Positions 35,980-49,016 of a stretch of 64,000 bases of DNA are shown here, in pieces. Position numbers and translations under genes: made by a program. Every line of letters begins with the position of its first letter. Position 1 is the first letter of the stretch. Under the pieces are notes generated by a model. That model ran no database searches. It saw only the letters and a program-made list of their open reading frames with translations, and was not told the origin of the DNA. The stretch is from Octopus sinensis (lineage: Eukaryota). Location: the NCBI RefSeq assembly GCF_006345805.1, contig NC_043007.1, positions 39,432,001 to 39,496,000 on the forward strand, written 5' to 3'.

Positions 35980-36050
35980 ATGATAATGACGATGATGACG
36001 ATGATGATGATGATGACGAAGATGATGATGATGACGAAGATGATGATGAT
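34790..36050. repeat. Trinucleotide microsatellite field with 12/18-bp GGAGGT-type units near 35380-35500
   Basis: Direct inspection. Confidence 0.9.
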
Positions 36051-36339
36051 GAGTAGAAAGAATAAAACAACAAAAAAGCTCGGATAAAACAATAAAACAA
36101 AGGGGGTAGGGATAGGGGTGGGTGTTAGAATAAATTAACTGAAAATTGTCAGACATGGAGTAACGCGGGGGTGGGTAGGTGTTTTGTGTGTATTAGAGAT
36201 GAAGGGAAGGGGGGGAGGGAGAAGGAGGGGAGGAAAAGAGAGGTGCGAGAAATAGCGAGGAGGAATGGGGAGTGGAGATCAGGAAATTAGGGTGAAGGGG
36301 AAGAGAGGCTTCAGTGTGAAATAGAGAGAGGAGGACAGT

Positions 36340-37427
36340 GAGAAGGAGGGTAGAGTGTGTGTGTGTGTGTGTGTGTGTATTTGTTTGTGCATATGTGTAT
36401 TTGCGGGTGTGGATGTTTTCGGGTGTATATTTATATGTTTGTGTGTGTGTGTGCATGTGTGTGTGTGTGTTTGTGGATGTGTGGATATACGTGTGTGTTT
36501 TTGCATGTGTTTCTGGGGAGTGTGTGTGTGTATGTGTGTGTGTGTGTGTTTGTATATGTGTATTTGTGGGGTGGTATGTGTGTGTATTTATGTGTGTGTA
36601 TTTATATTTGTGTGTGTTTGTGTGTTTATGCCAACGTGTTTGTCTATGTGTGTATGTGTATGCGTTTGTGTGTGTGTCTGTATTTATGTATGTGTAATTT
36701 GATACCAAAGCATGTGTGTGTGTATGTGTGTGTATTTTAGAATATACATCTGAGTTTGTGCGTGTGCGTATGTGAGTATGCGCGCGCGAGTGTGTGTGTT
36801 TGTATATATGTGTGTGTTTTTCAGTGTGTGTGTATTTGATAATTAGGGCATGTGTGTATATGTATTTGTGTGCATACCTGAGGGTAGGTCAAACGTGTGT
36901 TTGCGTGTGTGAATGTCTGTATATGTTATGTGTGTGTGTGAGTGTTTGTCTGCGTGTGTATGTAAATCGATAGCAGAAAATGTGTATATATATATATGTG
37001 TGTGTGTTTGTGTAATATTATGTGTGTATGAGTGTTTGCATGTGTATGTAAATCGATAGTATGTGTGTGGTTGTGTGTGTGTGTGTGAGTGTTTGTGTGT
37101 GTGAGTGTTTGTGTATGTGTGTATGTATATGTGTGTATGTATGTATGTATGTATGTGTGTATGTATGTATGTATGTTGATGTATGTAGTATGTAATGTAA
37201 TATAATGTATGTGTATGTATGTATGTATGTATGTGTGTGTGTGATGTATGTATGTATGTTTGAATGTATGTATGTATGTATATATGTATGTGTATGTATG
37301 TATGTATGTATGTGTGTGTGTATGTATATATGTATGTATGTGTGTGTGTATGTATGTATTGTATGTATGTATGTATATATGTATGTGTATGTATGTGTGT
37401 ATTAGTGGTGTATGTATGTATGTATGT

Positions 37428-37458
<31 letters not shown>

Positions 37459-37681
37459 TGTGTGTAATGTATGTATGTTGTATGTATGTATGTATGTATG
37501 TTTGAAATGTAATGTTGTTATGTATATATGTAATGTGTATGTATGTATGTATGTGTGTGTGTAGTATGTATTTATGTATTATGTATGTATGTGTGTTGTA
37601 TGTAATATGTGTGTATGTATGTATGTATTGCGAGTGCTTGTGTGCATGTAACTTGATAGCAGAACATGTGTATGTGTATGT

Positions 37682-37716
<35 letters not shown>

Positions 37717-37997
37717 AGAGTATGTGTGCATTTGTGTATATGTTTATGAGATTATTTAAGAGCATGCGTTAGTATATATATATATATATATATATATGCC
37801 TTTGTGTCTATTTATGTGTGGGCGTTTGTGCGTGTGTTTGTCTGTTCGTACATTGTGTGAGTGTATGTGTGTGTGTGCTTTTTTTTGATTTTACGTGTTT
37901 GTGCATTTGGTGGTATATGTATATGCGAGTGTTTGTGTGTGTTTGAAGATAAGGCATGTTTGTGTGTGTATATGTTTATGTATGTCTTTGTGTGTGT

Positions 37998-38031
<34 letters not shown>

Positions 38032-38058
38032 GTTTGTGTGTGTGTGTGTGTGCGTGTG

Positions 38059-38123
<65 letters not shown>

Positions 38124-38141
38124 GTGTGTGTGGTGTGTGTG

Positions 38142-38182
<41 letters not shown>

Positions 38183-38555
38183 GTGTGTGTGTTTGTGTGT
38201 TTGTGTGTGTGTGTGTGTTGGTGTGTGTGGTGTGTGTCGTGTGTTTGTGGATGTACGTGTTTGTAGGAGAGAAAACATGGAGATGAAGGTGAGAAAGACG
38301 TGAGAGGACAAGAGGGAAGAAGAAAAGAGGGAGCGAGAGACATACATAGAGAGGGGGAGGTGGAGAGATAAAGAGATATAGTGAGAGGAGAAAAAGGATG
38401 AGAGAATGCTTTGAGAATGGGAGATGAGAGGAGATAGACAGAGAGAGAGAGAGGAGAGAGACAGAGGGGAAAGACAGAGGGAGAAAGAGAGCCCGACAGA
38501 AAGACAAACAGATTGATATATAGACAGAAAGACAAACAGGTAGACAGACAGGTAG

Positions 38556-38586
<31 letters not shown>

Positions 38587-38603
38587 GATAGATAGATAGA
38601 TAC

Positions 38604-38672
<69 letters not shown>

Positions 38673-38972
38673 ATGACTGACTGAGAGACAGTGTGATTGA
38701 TTGACTAATCGATTGATTGACCGGTTTGATTGATAAATATGTCGTGAAAAAGAGACAGTCAGACAGACAGGTAGACAGACAGACAGACAGACAAATGGAC
38801 TGACTGGTTTTGCAGAGAGAAAAAGGAATTGAAACGGAACAAAAACGAAGAAAGAAAGAAAGAAAGAAAGACAAAAAGAAAAGAAGAAGAAAATAACCAC
38901 AAGTGAAATTAAACACATCAAAATACAAGAAATGAAATCAAAGCGCAAATTAAGATAACATTATTGTTATTT

Positions 38973-39016
<44 letters not shown>

Positions 39017-39044
39017 TATCATCATCATTATTATTATTATTAAT

Positions 39045-39078
<34 letters not shown>

Positions 39079-39231
39079 GTTGTTGTTGTTGTTGTTGTTG
39101 TTAATTTGCAATTATAATTATTGTTGTTTTGTAGTTTGATAGTTAATGTTTGATTTTTTGGGGGTTTTGATGCTGTTTTTGTTTTGGGTTTATTATCATT
39201 ATTATTTATTATTATTATTATTATTATTATA

Positions 39232-39262
<31 letters not shown>

Positions 39263-39414
39263 TATTATTATTATTATTATTATTATATTATTATATATTA
39301 TTTTATTATTCTTATTATTATTATTATTATTATGATAATTATTATTCAGTATATCATTATTATTATTATTATTATTAGTATGTATTATTAATATATTATT
39401 TATTATCATTATTA

Positions 39415-39446
<32 letters not shown>

Positions 39447-39513
39447 TATGATTATATTAATTAGTATTATTATTATTATATTATTATTATTTATATTATT
39501 ATTGTTATTATTA

Positions 39514-39549
<36 letters not shown>

Positions 39550-39553
39550 CATA

Positions 39554-39649
<96 letters not shown>

Positions 39650-39675
39650 CATCATCATTATTATTATTATTATTA

Positions 39676-39709
<34 letters not shown>

Positions 39710-39720
39710 TGTTTTCGGGA
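36340..39720. repeat. Long compound microsatellite region (TG)n, (TATG)n, (GATA)n, (ATT)n
   Basis: Direct inspection; it accounts for the long CV/YV/HT/Y/I ORFs. Confidence 0.95.
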
Positions 39721-39990
39721 AAAATTGCTTCTAAAAGGAAGAAATTGCTAATGGTTTTAAAATATCGGAAGAAACGTTTGTGATTTGGCTTGGCAAATAT
39801 TGTCTCTCGTGTACACGCAAGCGTAGGACATGTGTTTCAGTGTACATGCGTTTGTGTGTATGTGTGTTTGTGTGTGTGTGCTTGTACACGTATTTATATA
39901 TGCATATGTATGTGTATGCACAAGGGAAGGTGGATGTCAGCATATACATAGATATATAGATACAGACATACACATACATACATATATATG

Positions 39991-40023
<33 letters not shown>

Positions 40024-40056
40024 GAGAGAGAGAGCAAAGTTGTACGTACGCCGCTA

Positions 40057-40091
<35 letters not shown>

Positions 40092-40119
40092 GATATATTA
40101 ATATATATTATACTCGACA

Positions 40120-40290
40120 TAATCGAGTTAATCAGCCAAAATTGCGAAGATAATCTGGTACTCGACTGAGGAAAGAAATCCGAATGACCCGTCCTTTTTC
40201 TTTGTATCGTCCATATGGAGTTTTGTTGTCCCATTTTTGTATCACCTAACTGCCGGGATGTTTTGCGTTCTTGTCCTATTTTGTGTTTGT
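40120..40290 (+). mobile_element. Short (TA)n-embedded repeat family (copy 2, related to 9760-9925)
   Basis: Shared blocks with the reverse complement of 9760-9925. Confidence 0.55.
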
Positions 40291-40406
40291 GTATATATAT
40301 TGGTGTGGTTGTGTGGTAAGTAGATTTATATATATATATATGTGTGTTTATATATATATATATGTGTATATATATATATATTAAATATATATATATATTA
40401 TAATAT

Positions 40407-40459
<53 letters not shown>

Positions 40460-41494
40460 AATATATATATATATAAGATAGGCAAATACAAAATAAAAAT
40501 TTTTAAAAAAACAGAAAAAGCGACAAAAATCAATTAAACGTACACAGTTCAATATATTAGACTGATACTCAATGAAAAGTTTTAGACGGAAAAATAGGAG
40601 TAGAAGTGACTTTTTGAGTTTGGCTCTAGAGGAAAACGTCCTGAGCAAAGGAAAAGGCGGAGGAACCAGACAGTCTGGATAAAAGCGTGTGTATCATATT
40701 CTTTTATTTTTTTACACTTCTAATCGTTTCAGCCATGCGACTGCGATGATGCTGGATTCAGAAAATCGTATGGTTACCACAAGAAGCTCTTCTTACGGAC
40801 TCGGCTAAGAGTCCATTCGGTAATCTAAAACAGAGAAAGGTAATGTGGAGGGGTAATGCAGCTGGAAGCCAGAAAATCCGGAATATATTTCTGAGGTGTG
40901 GTTGGAATGTGTGATGAAAATTTGAAAGCCTAAACGCGAGGTCTTTGACCTTTTGACCTTATTTGTAGCTCTCTATTTCTCGGTTTAATCTTTAACTCTC
41001 CAGCTGTTTTTCTTCCCACTTACCTATTCATATAACTACTTTGACTAAAAGTCAATAGATATTATATCTTTTTACATATTTTTTAAATAGTTTTCTAACT
41101 ACTTCTCTTCTGACAACACTTCCTAGGTTTTTTAATTTTTTAAATTTTTTATGCATTAAGGATAGTCAGTTCCTTGAAGTGATACGAAGCAGCATATTTT
41201 TATCTTTACAGATCAAACCATGTTAATTTTATCTCACCTCGGTCTTCCATACATTGTACAAATAAAGAGAAAATTCTGTGTATACTTACAGTTGAGTAAT
41301 TAGTACAACTTTGATGTTCTGGTGACTTGATGAGCTGGCTTTCTTTATTTACGTTGATTTGTAAATATACAACTATATTGTATAATGCCGAGCATACAAA
41401 TTGATACAATCTTGTGGGTATATTTTTCTTCCACACTGAAATCGATACCACATGAAGAAAGTTGCGAAACGGCTGTAATCTTAAGTGTGACATG

Positions 41495-41765
41495 CAATTA
41501 AGTAAATGTATTTTCTCATATAACTCTCATACCTCCTGTCTTGAGTTTTATGGAAAAGGATCCCATCACCTTTAAACGGAGTCTGGACAGATTTCTTCAA
41601 GGGATACCGGATAAGCCACCCATACCTAGGTACAACTAACTCAACAAGAACTCACTACTTGAATGGATCATAAACAAACCTTGACTTAAACAGGATTTAG
41701 ATAATCCTATCAGGTGGTGCTATTAAGTTAGACATGGCCTGGGCCAATCTTTGGTCGAAACATAT
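41495..41765 (+). mobile_element. CR1-group LINE extreme 3' end
   Basis: KDPITFKRSLDRFLQGIPDKPT (the LD.FL..IPD.P C-terminal motif); tail ggtggtgct...catggcc..ccaatctttggtcgaaaca. Confidence 0.65.
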
Positions 41766-41844
41766 CTAAGTTTTATCTAAATTCTAAGTTTTATATACAT
41801 ATATATACATATATATATAAGAATTCGGCTTATCCATAACGGTT

Positions 41845-42095
41845 ACTACCAACCTTAGCATGGTCAAGTTCTTGGACGTAACCTTAGACCTGAACCCTTA
41901 CAGAAAGTCTAATGAAGAAATGGTATATATCCAAAAGAGCTCAAACCTCGCACCCCTGCTGTAATTAGAAACCTGGTTTCAGGCATTAGCAAACGGGTGT
42001 CTACACTCGCAACCAACACGGAGATCATTAATAGGGTCACCCCCCCCCCCCACCACCACCACAATGATGCTTTGGCTAGGAGTGGATTTTCGAAT
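41845..42095 (+). pseudogene. Penelope-like element RT C-terminal fragment
   Basis: NLSMVKFLDVTLDLNPYRKSNEEMVYI then, frameshifted, PAVIRNLVSGISKRVSTLATNTEIINR...NDALARSGF; resembles the PLE motifs FLDVTL..PYRK.N and Y..AL..SGY. Confidence 0.75.
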
Positions 42096-42139
42096 AAGTC
42101 CTCTTCCTTCAGCCCAATGTCTCGTGTCATCTCTCTACC

Positions 42140-42487
42140 ATTTCCCACACCCTGTTCATCATCATCAGTAGCAGCAGCAGCAGTATCAACATTATCACTG
42201 TTGTCATCGTTGTCGTTGTCATCAGCATTATAATCATAATCCACCACCACAACTACCACTATCACTACAACAATGATCATCATCATCGTCGTCGTCGTCG
42301 TCGTCGTCATGATCATCATCATTATCATCATCACCATTATCATTAAGATGGAGGAATATGGCAACGATGAGGAGTAGGAACGCGTCGCATTTGTGTCATC
42401 ATCATCATCACCATCATCATCATCGTTGTTCTGCCATCATTACTGCCGCACCACCGCAGTCGGCATAACCACCATCATCATCATCAT

Positions 42488-42518
<31 letters not shown>

Positions 42519-42715
42519 CCATCATTAACATCGTTATCCTGTCATCATTACTGCTGCACCACCGCAGTCAGCATAACCATCATCATCATCATCGTCACCC
42601 TGGTGTCATCATCATCATCATCGTCGTGTCATCGTGTCGTCATGCCATCGTGTCGTCGTCGTCGTCGTCGTCGTCTTCGTGTAGTTGTTGTCGTCGTGGC
42701 CATCCGTGCCGTAAA

Positions 42716-42751
<36 letters not shown>

Positions 42752-42950
42752 ATCATCATCATCATCATCGTGATCATCATCGTGATCGTCATCATCGTGA
42801 TCGTCATCATCATCATCGTTATCATCATCGTCATCATCGTCGTCGTCGTCGTCGTTGTCATCGTTATCCCCAGCACAACTGCAACCAACCAGGTCGCCGT
42901 CATCGTCGCCGTCACCACCGTCGTCGTCGTCGTAGGCGTCGTCATGATAC
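42140..42950. repeat. (ATC/GTC)n microsatellite field
   Basis: Direct inspection. Confidence 0.9.
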
Positions 42951-43334
42951 TCTCTTCCGTCGCAAACCATTCCAGCATAATGGGAGATGAGAAACAGATA
43001 AGAGCAATAAAAGTAATTATGACAGCAATCCAGCATTTCATACACCCACTTCCTTTCTCCCTCCGTCTCTCTGTCCCTCTCTCTCTCTCTCTCTCTCCCT
43101 CTCTCTCTCTCTCTCTCCCTTCCTCTATATATCTATCTATCTATCTCTCACATGTATATATATATATATGTTACTCTCTTTTACCCTGGTTCTTCTGGTT
43201 CCTCTGGTTCCCGACCCACTTCGCTAATTAAGCCTCACAAAAGATTCGCTCATGTGGAGCCAACAAACAGACCACATAAGACAAAACACACCAAACGACA
43301 CAATCAACCAACGATGAAATCACTTCCCCCAGGC

Positions 43335-43985
43335 CGTTCGATCTGCTAGAAATAGCATCCAAAACTTTCATCTCAAGTTTCACTCTACCGTAACGAAATA
43401 AATATAATAATCGTTTCTAATAAAGACACTAAACGTGAAGTTTGCGAGGAAGGCACAAGTCGATTCCATCGATCCCAGTGCTCCATTGGTACTTGATTTA
43501 TCGACCCCGAAAGGATAAAAGGCAAAGTCGACCTCGGCGGAATTTGAACTCAGAGCATAAACACGGACGAAACACCGCTACGCATTTTGCCCGGCGTTGT
43601 AACGATACTGCCACAAAGCTTAGGAACAACGTCAGCCATTTTGAATTGAATAGAGGTTAGTCGATATTTTCGACTCTAGTGTCGCTTGATCTGCTAGAAA
43701 TGGCATACAAATTTCCCTCAAGTTTCACTCTACCGCATCGAGATAAATATAACGAGAATGGTTTCAGAACTTTGGCATAAGATTCAGCAATTTTGAGTAT
43801 ACGGTGGTTGGGATGGGGTTGGGGGTTAGTCGATATTTTTGACCCAGTATATGACTGGTACTTCATTTTATCGATCCCGAGAGGATTAAAGACAAAGTAG
43901 ATCCCGGTAGAATTTGAACTCCGAACGTAAAGCTCAAAAGAAATGCCGCTAAACATTTTGTCTGGTGTGCTAACGATGCTGCCAG
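43335..43985 (-). mobile_element. Two adjacent family-B-type SINE copies with a shared extended tail
   Basis: gatctgctagaaat.gcat.caaa...tcaagtttcactctaccg at ~43339 and ~43687, each followed by a minus family-B body. Confidence 0.7.
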
Positions 43986-45257
43986 TAGGCCCGGATATAA
44001 AAGAAAAGTCGGTATGGTCACGGCTGGAATGTTTATTGTTACCGAGCTGTTCAATTGGGGATGACCTTGGACTAAACAATGTGTGGTAAGTAGCCTGCTT
44101 ACAAACCACATGGTTCCGGGTTCAGTCCCACTGTGTAGCACCTTGGGCACGTGTCTTTTGCTATAGCCTCGGGTGGTGGTGGTGGAGGTGGTGGCGGTGG
44201 TGGTGGTGGTGGTGGTGGTGGTGGTGGTGGTGGTGGTGGTGGTGGTGGTGGTGACGGTGATGGTTGTGGTGGCGATGAGAAAGAGGGTCATGGTGATGGT
44301 AATGGTAATGATGGCGATGATGGTGATGATGGCAGTGATGGCACTAAATAGTGAACTCCTCTGATGTTGCCTACTTAAAAAAATCAACAAAAACAAAAAA
44401 AAAGACACTGCAATAATTTAAACTCTTGGTGTCACAGTTGCAACGAATCTGCCCTCCTCTCCTCCCTTCTTCCTCCTGCCCCTCACTCCCCTTCACTCTC
44501 CTCTCCTCTTCTTCCTCCTCCTCACGCTCATACTTTAACCACTCTACTGCCACCACCCCACTTCTACTTTCTCTGCTGCGCTCTACAATCTCCAGCCTCC
44601 CACCACCACTCCAGCCTCACTTCAGAAATCTTAATGTTGCTATGGTAATTAAGGTTACTTGCTCCATCATTAGCGGTACGTCTGCACTGAACGCTGGATG
44701 GTTGCTAAGCTAGCGATCCCGACTGTCCCCTAATCGATCCTCCCCACTTCGATTTGGTCGCTATGTTGGTTCCCCTTGCCACCATCTTGCATTGTTCCTT
44801 TCGGACATTTAGGTGCTTACTACGAGATTCTGCTCAAGACAGCTGTAGTAAAGAAGCTTCATAAATTGACAAGAATGTATGTATGTATGTATGTATGTAT
44901 GTATGTATGTATGTATGTATGTATGTATGTATGTATGTATGTATGTATGTATGTATGTGTGTATGTATGTATGTGTGTATGTGTGTATGTTTGTATGTAT
45001 GTATGTATGTATGTATGTATGTATGTATGTATGTGTACATACATACAAAACCAAAAATGAGAAAGCTAATTCGAAGACTACTGATCCAATCCATTACTGG
45101 AACTGTATAAATCTGTAAAACTTTCCAGAAGTTTATCATTTATGAGCATGTGTAGATATGCAACTATATGCATGCGAATACATACATAAAGCAAAACATG
45201 CAAATCTGCATACATACATACATACATACATACATACATACATACATACATACACAT

Positions 45258-45675
45258 AGGTGCAAGCACGGCTATGTGGTAAGAAGCTTGGTTCCCAACC
45301 TCATGGTTCTGGGTTCAGTCCCACAGCATGGCACCTTGGGCACGTGTCTTCTACTGTAGCCTCGGACCGACCAAAGCCTTGTGAGTGGATCTGGTAGATG
45401 AGAACTGAAAGATGTCCGTCGTATACATATGTATATGTATGTGTGTGTGTGTATATATATTTGTGTGTCTGTGTTTGTCCCCACCCCCACCATCGCTTGA
45501 CAACCGATGGTGATGTTTTCACGTCTCCCGTAACTTAGCGTTTCGGCAAAAGAGACCGATAGAAAGTGTACTAGACTTACAAAGAATACGTCCTGGGATC
45601 GATTTCTTTGACTAAAACCCCTCAAAGTGGTGTTCAGGTATGGCCGCAATCAAATGACTGAAACAAATAAAAGAA
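45258..45675 (+). mobile_element. SINE family A, full length
   Basis: aggtgcaagcacggctatgtggtaag...tggccgcaatcaaatgactgaaacaaataaaag. Confidence 0.85.
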
Positions 45676-45685
45676 TATATATATA

Positions 45686-46171
45686 TATTATATTATATTA
45701 AATTAGAGATAAAACCACTATTAGGCAAATCATACAATGAAAAACTTAAGCCAATACATAAGATTAATTAATTTATATTATTTTAAATATATATCAAAAT
45801 TATTAAAAAAAGATAATTAGTATAACACTACGATCGTTTCATGGCTGTCCCCATTTTAGTTCATTGATTAAACCTCGCCAAGTTAAATATTTCAATCACC
45901 TGAAGAATGACTGTAACTCGAAATTTTACAAATTGGACAGCCATGAAACGATCGTAGTGTTATACTAATTATCTTTTTCTAATAATTTTGATATATATTT
46001 AAAATAATATAAATTAATTAATCTTATGTATTGGCTTAAGTTTTTCATTGTATGATTTGCCTAATAGTGGTTTTATCTCTAATTTAATATAATATAATAT
46101 TTTACTATAAAATTGGATTCAATTCTAAATCTGATTTTTCCCTGTAAGTTTGGATTTATTCCCTAATATTT

Positions 46172-46175
<4 letters not shown>
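45686..46175. mobile_element. Asymmetric fold-back element, 165-bp arms, 84-bp spacer, one-sided extension
   Basis: 45686-45850 vs 45935-46099; terminal aattagagataaaaccactatta and the extension are shared with 48706-49016. Confidence 0.85.
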
Positions 46176-46230
<55 letters not shown>

Positions 46231-46318
46231 GTCAATATACCATATATCCGAAAAAGAAGCTCACTCTAAAACATAGAGCACTATTGTATTTATATGTAGT
46301 TAAACCTATGTCCGGTCG

Positions 46319-46368
46319 TAGAGTGACCAATGGTCTCGCATCCTAAAGGGACAGCTCATCAGACTCTA
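46319..46368 (-). ncRNA. Type I minimal hammerhead ribozyme with one core substitution (GAGA for GAAA)
   Basis: Minus: TAGAGT-CTGATGA-GCTGTCCCTTTAGGATGC-GAGA-CCATTGG-TC-ACTCTA; 6-bp stem I, GUC triplet. Confidence 0.75.
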
Positions 46369-46490
46369 AAACCGGAGACAAATGTAACTCTTCATTTCTG
46401 GGAGGTAAGAATCCGTTATGGTCAGTTAGTCAGTAAGTCACCGGGGTTGGCGAGGATGTATGTATGCATTTGTATATATAAGCATGCATG

Positions 46491-46543
<53 letters not shown>

Positions 46544-46694
46544 ATTTCCAGGATTCAAACGAATTAGGTATGTATTCCTGTGAAAGCACCAAAGTCAGGT
46601 CGGTTGATATTGCTATCATGTACAACCTATATTTGAAGACAAATACATACTTAGATCGTTAGCTACTACACATTCTTTATTTTCTCTCCTTGTT

Positions 46695-46810
46695 TCTTTC
46701 TGTGTTACTTTCTGTAGAAGAGCGTAGGCTCGAAACGTTAAAGACTTTTTCACTTCCCGAGCGTTATACTAATACATCTGTTGTCTACACCACCTGTCTT
46801 CGTCTTTATT
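46695..46810 (+). mobile_element. Short repeat family with variant hammerhead-like motif (copy 2)
   Basis: CTTT-CTGTAGAA-GAGCGTAGGCTC-GAAA-CG-TT-AAAG at 46708-46743. Confidence 0.75.
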
Positions 46811-47612
46811 TATTTATTTATTTATTATTGCTTTTTTTTGTGAATCCTTCCCTTATTAAAGTAAACACGAATTTGTGTTCCAGTTGTGCGTACAATCACA
46901 AATGGCCAACCGAATATAGAACGAGTCATCAAAGCCACATGTGAGTACAAACACTGTACCCAATGCACTGTATTCAATAGACTCTGGATCCTAGAGAATT
47001 GCAGCTTCCGAGTTACGTGAATGATAAACAAATGACGAAATTGATTATGGTTCACTACAACTGTTTCTGACGTGTCTTTTATTAATGAATAACCGTGTAG
47101 CATCATGCAAAACAAAAATTAACTTTCATCAGGTGAATACATGTAAGAAATAAGCATTCTGAATACCTCAATAACAAGTACTAGGTGCCATTTTGACTCT
47201 ACCGACCAAACTTCGGTCAGAGAGGAGCTTTTTTTTTTTGCATGATGTAGCACTTATGTTCATCAATAAAAAATCACGTCTGAAACAGCTGTAGGGGACC
47301 ACAATCTATCTGTTGCAATTTGTTTATATATACAGAAAATAAAGGGTTTCGCGAATGCAGGAAGGTTGTGAGGACAGCTTGAAGAATCGAGTAGAATACC
47401 CTTTAGATGACGCGAAAAAGTGGCCAGTAAATCTCCACAAAGAATCGACCTCTGGGCCTCTCTACAGGGAAGCTTCTACAGGCTTCCGTTCACTGAGGAA
47501 CACCCAATTTTCTAAGCAGTCCTGATAGCCTTCCTGCGTTCACGAATACCTTTTTATTTTTTCTGTAGCTTACCGCTAGTTTTGTTTAAAAATACACACA
47601 TACACACACACC

Positions 47613-47647
<35 letters not shown>

Positions 47648-47750
47648 CACACACCACACACACACCACACCACACCACACACCACATATATATATTATAT
47701 ATAATATATATATATATATATACAACATACATACCGAAAAAACGTCACAA

Positions 47751-47790
47751 ACTGTTACTCAGAGTTTCACATTCCCGTTTGTCGGACAGT
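47751..47790 (-). ncRNA. Decayed type I hammerhead motif (same family as 1546-1579)
   Basis: ACTGT-CCGACAA-ACGGGAATGT-GAAA-CTCTGAG-TA-ACAGT; two core substitutions, probably inactive. Confidence 0.55.
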
Positions 47791-48031
47791 TGCATTTTTA
47801 GATATTTTGTGTTACGCAAACAAGTGATGCACCGTAGCAAACTACTCCAAATGGTTATTAGAGATTCTACATAGTTTTGAAATGCTTTAACCGAGGAAAG
47901 TTTACGTAATGAATGCATTTTCTATTATATATTGTATTATGCAAACTTGAAATGTACGTATTAAACGTATTCCAAGTATCAGTTTCAACACACACATACA
48001 CGCACACACGCACACACATACATATACATAT

Positions 48032-48200
48032 AGGTGCAGGAGTGGGTGTGTGCTTAATAAGTTTGCTTTCCAGCCACATGGTTCTGGAATCAGTCCCACG
48101 GCATGTCACCTTGGGCAGGTGTTTTCTATTGTAATATCAGATCAACCAAAGCCAAAACTGAATTTGGTAGGTGGAAACTGAAAGACACTCGTCGTGTGTG
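48032..48200 (+). mobile_element. SINE family A 5' half, degenerate
   Basis: aggtgcaggagtgggtgtgtgc...ggtggaaactgaaagacactcgtcg. Confidence 0.7.
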
Positions 48201-48250
48201 TGTGTGCGTGCATTTCTTTGTGTTTCTGTCCCTCCTATATATATATATTA

Positions 48251-48296
<46 letters not shown>

Positions 48297-48634
48297 TGTA
48301 CATTTAACACATAAGAGGTAACTGTCATAGTATACCTGGCACGCTAGAAGGAATAGCCAAATCCAAACCACTATTAGGGATAAAATTTCGAAGGAATGAA
48401 AAATAAAAACATTACCATCTATCTCCTGGACCATGGTTCTGACTCTATATTAGCAAATAAAATAATTTGCTAGGCGAAGTCTTCATCAACAGGTACACCA
48501 AGATTAAATATATAAATATGAGGCAATCCATCATGTGCCCCGTGCATATATATATTATAATTTTTCAAATCCACCGTGCAAGCACAGCGAGTTTTTGTCG
48601 GCAGTAAATAAAATAATTCCGGCGCGATACCCTG

Positions 48635-48693
<59 letters not shown>

Positions 48694-48705
48694 TATATAT
48701 ATAAT

Positions 48706-49016
48706 ATTAGGGAGTATAACTCCAAACTTCAGGGAAAAATCAGTTTAGTATTAAATCAATAAATATATAAGATATATAAATTAGAGAAAAACCACTATTA
48801 TATAATTCAACCATATCATATAGAAAAAATAAAATATAAAACATAACTAGATCACAAAAAGTACAAAAAAATGAATAAACAATATATAATAAATATCATT
48901 ATATTATTATATATTGTTTATTCATTTTTTTGTACTATTTGTGATCTAGTTATGTTTTAATTTTATTTTTTTCTATATGATATGGTTTGAATTATATAAT
49001 AGTGGATTTCTCTAAT
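48706..49016. mobile_element. Asymmetric fold-back element, ~110-bp arms
   Basis: 48780-48892 vs 48904-49016; same terminus family as 45686-46175. Confidence 0.85.

Noticed and set aside
36193-39783. Long ORFs (up to 378 aa) rich in CV, HT, YL, I, Y
   Set aside because: Translations of (TG)n, (TATG)n, (GATA)n and (ATT)n; open in several frames on both strands.
40570-40680. Protein-like reading MKSLDGKIGVEVTF..GSRGKRPEQRKRRR
   Set aside because: Needs an assumed frameshift in a T run; no homology recognised.
46300-46404. Apparent plus-strand exon (tgtag|...GGAG|gtaaga)
   Set aside because: The phase-consistent frame has a stop, and the segment is better explained by the minus-strand hammerhead at 46319-46368.
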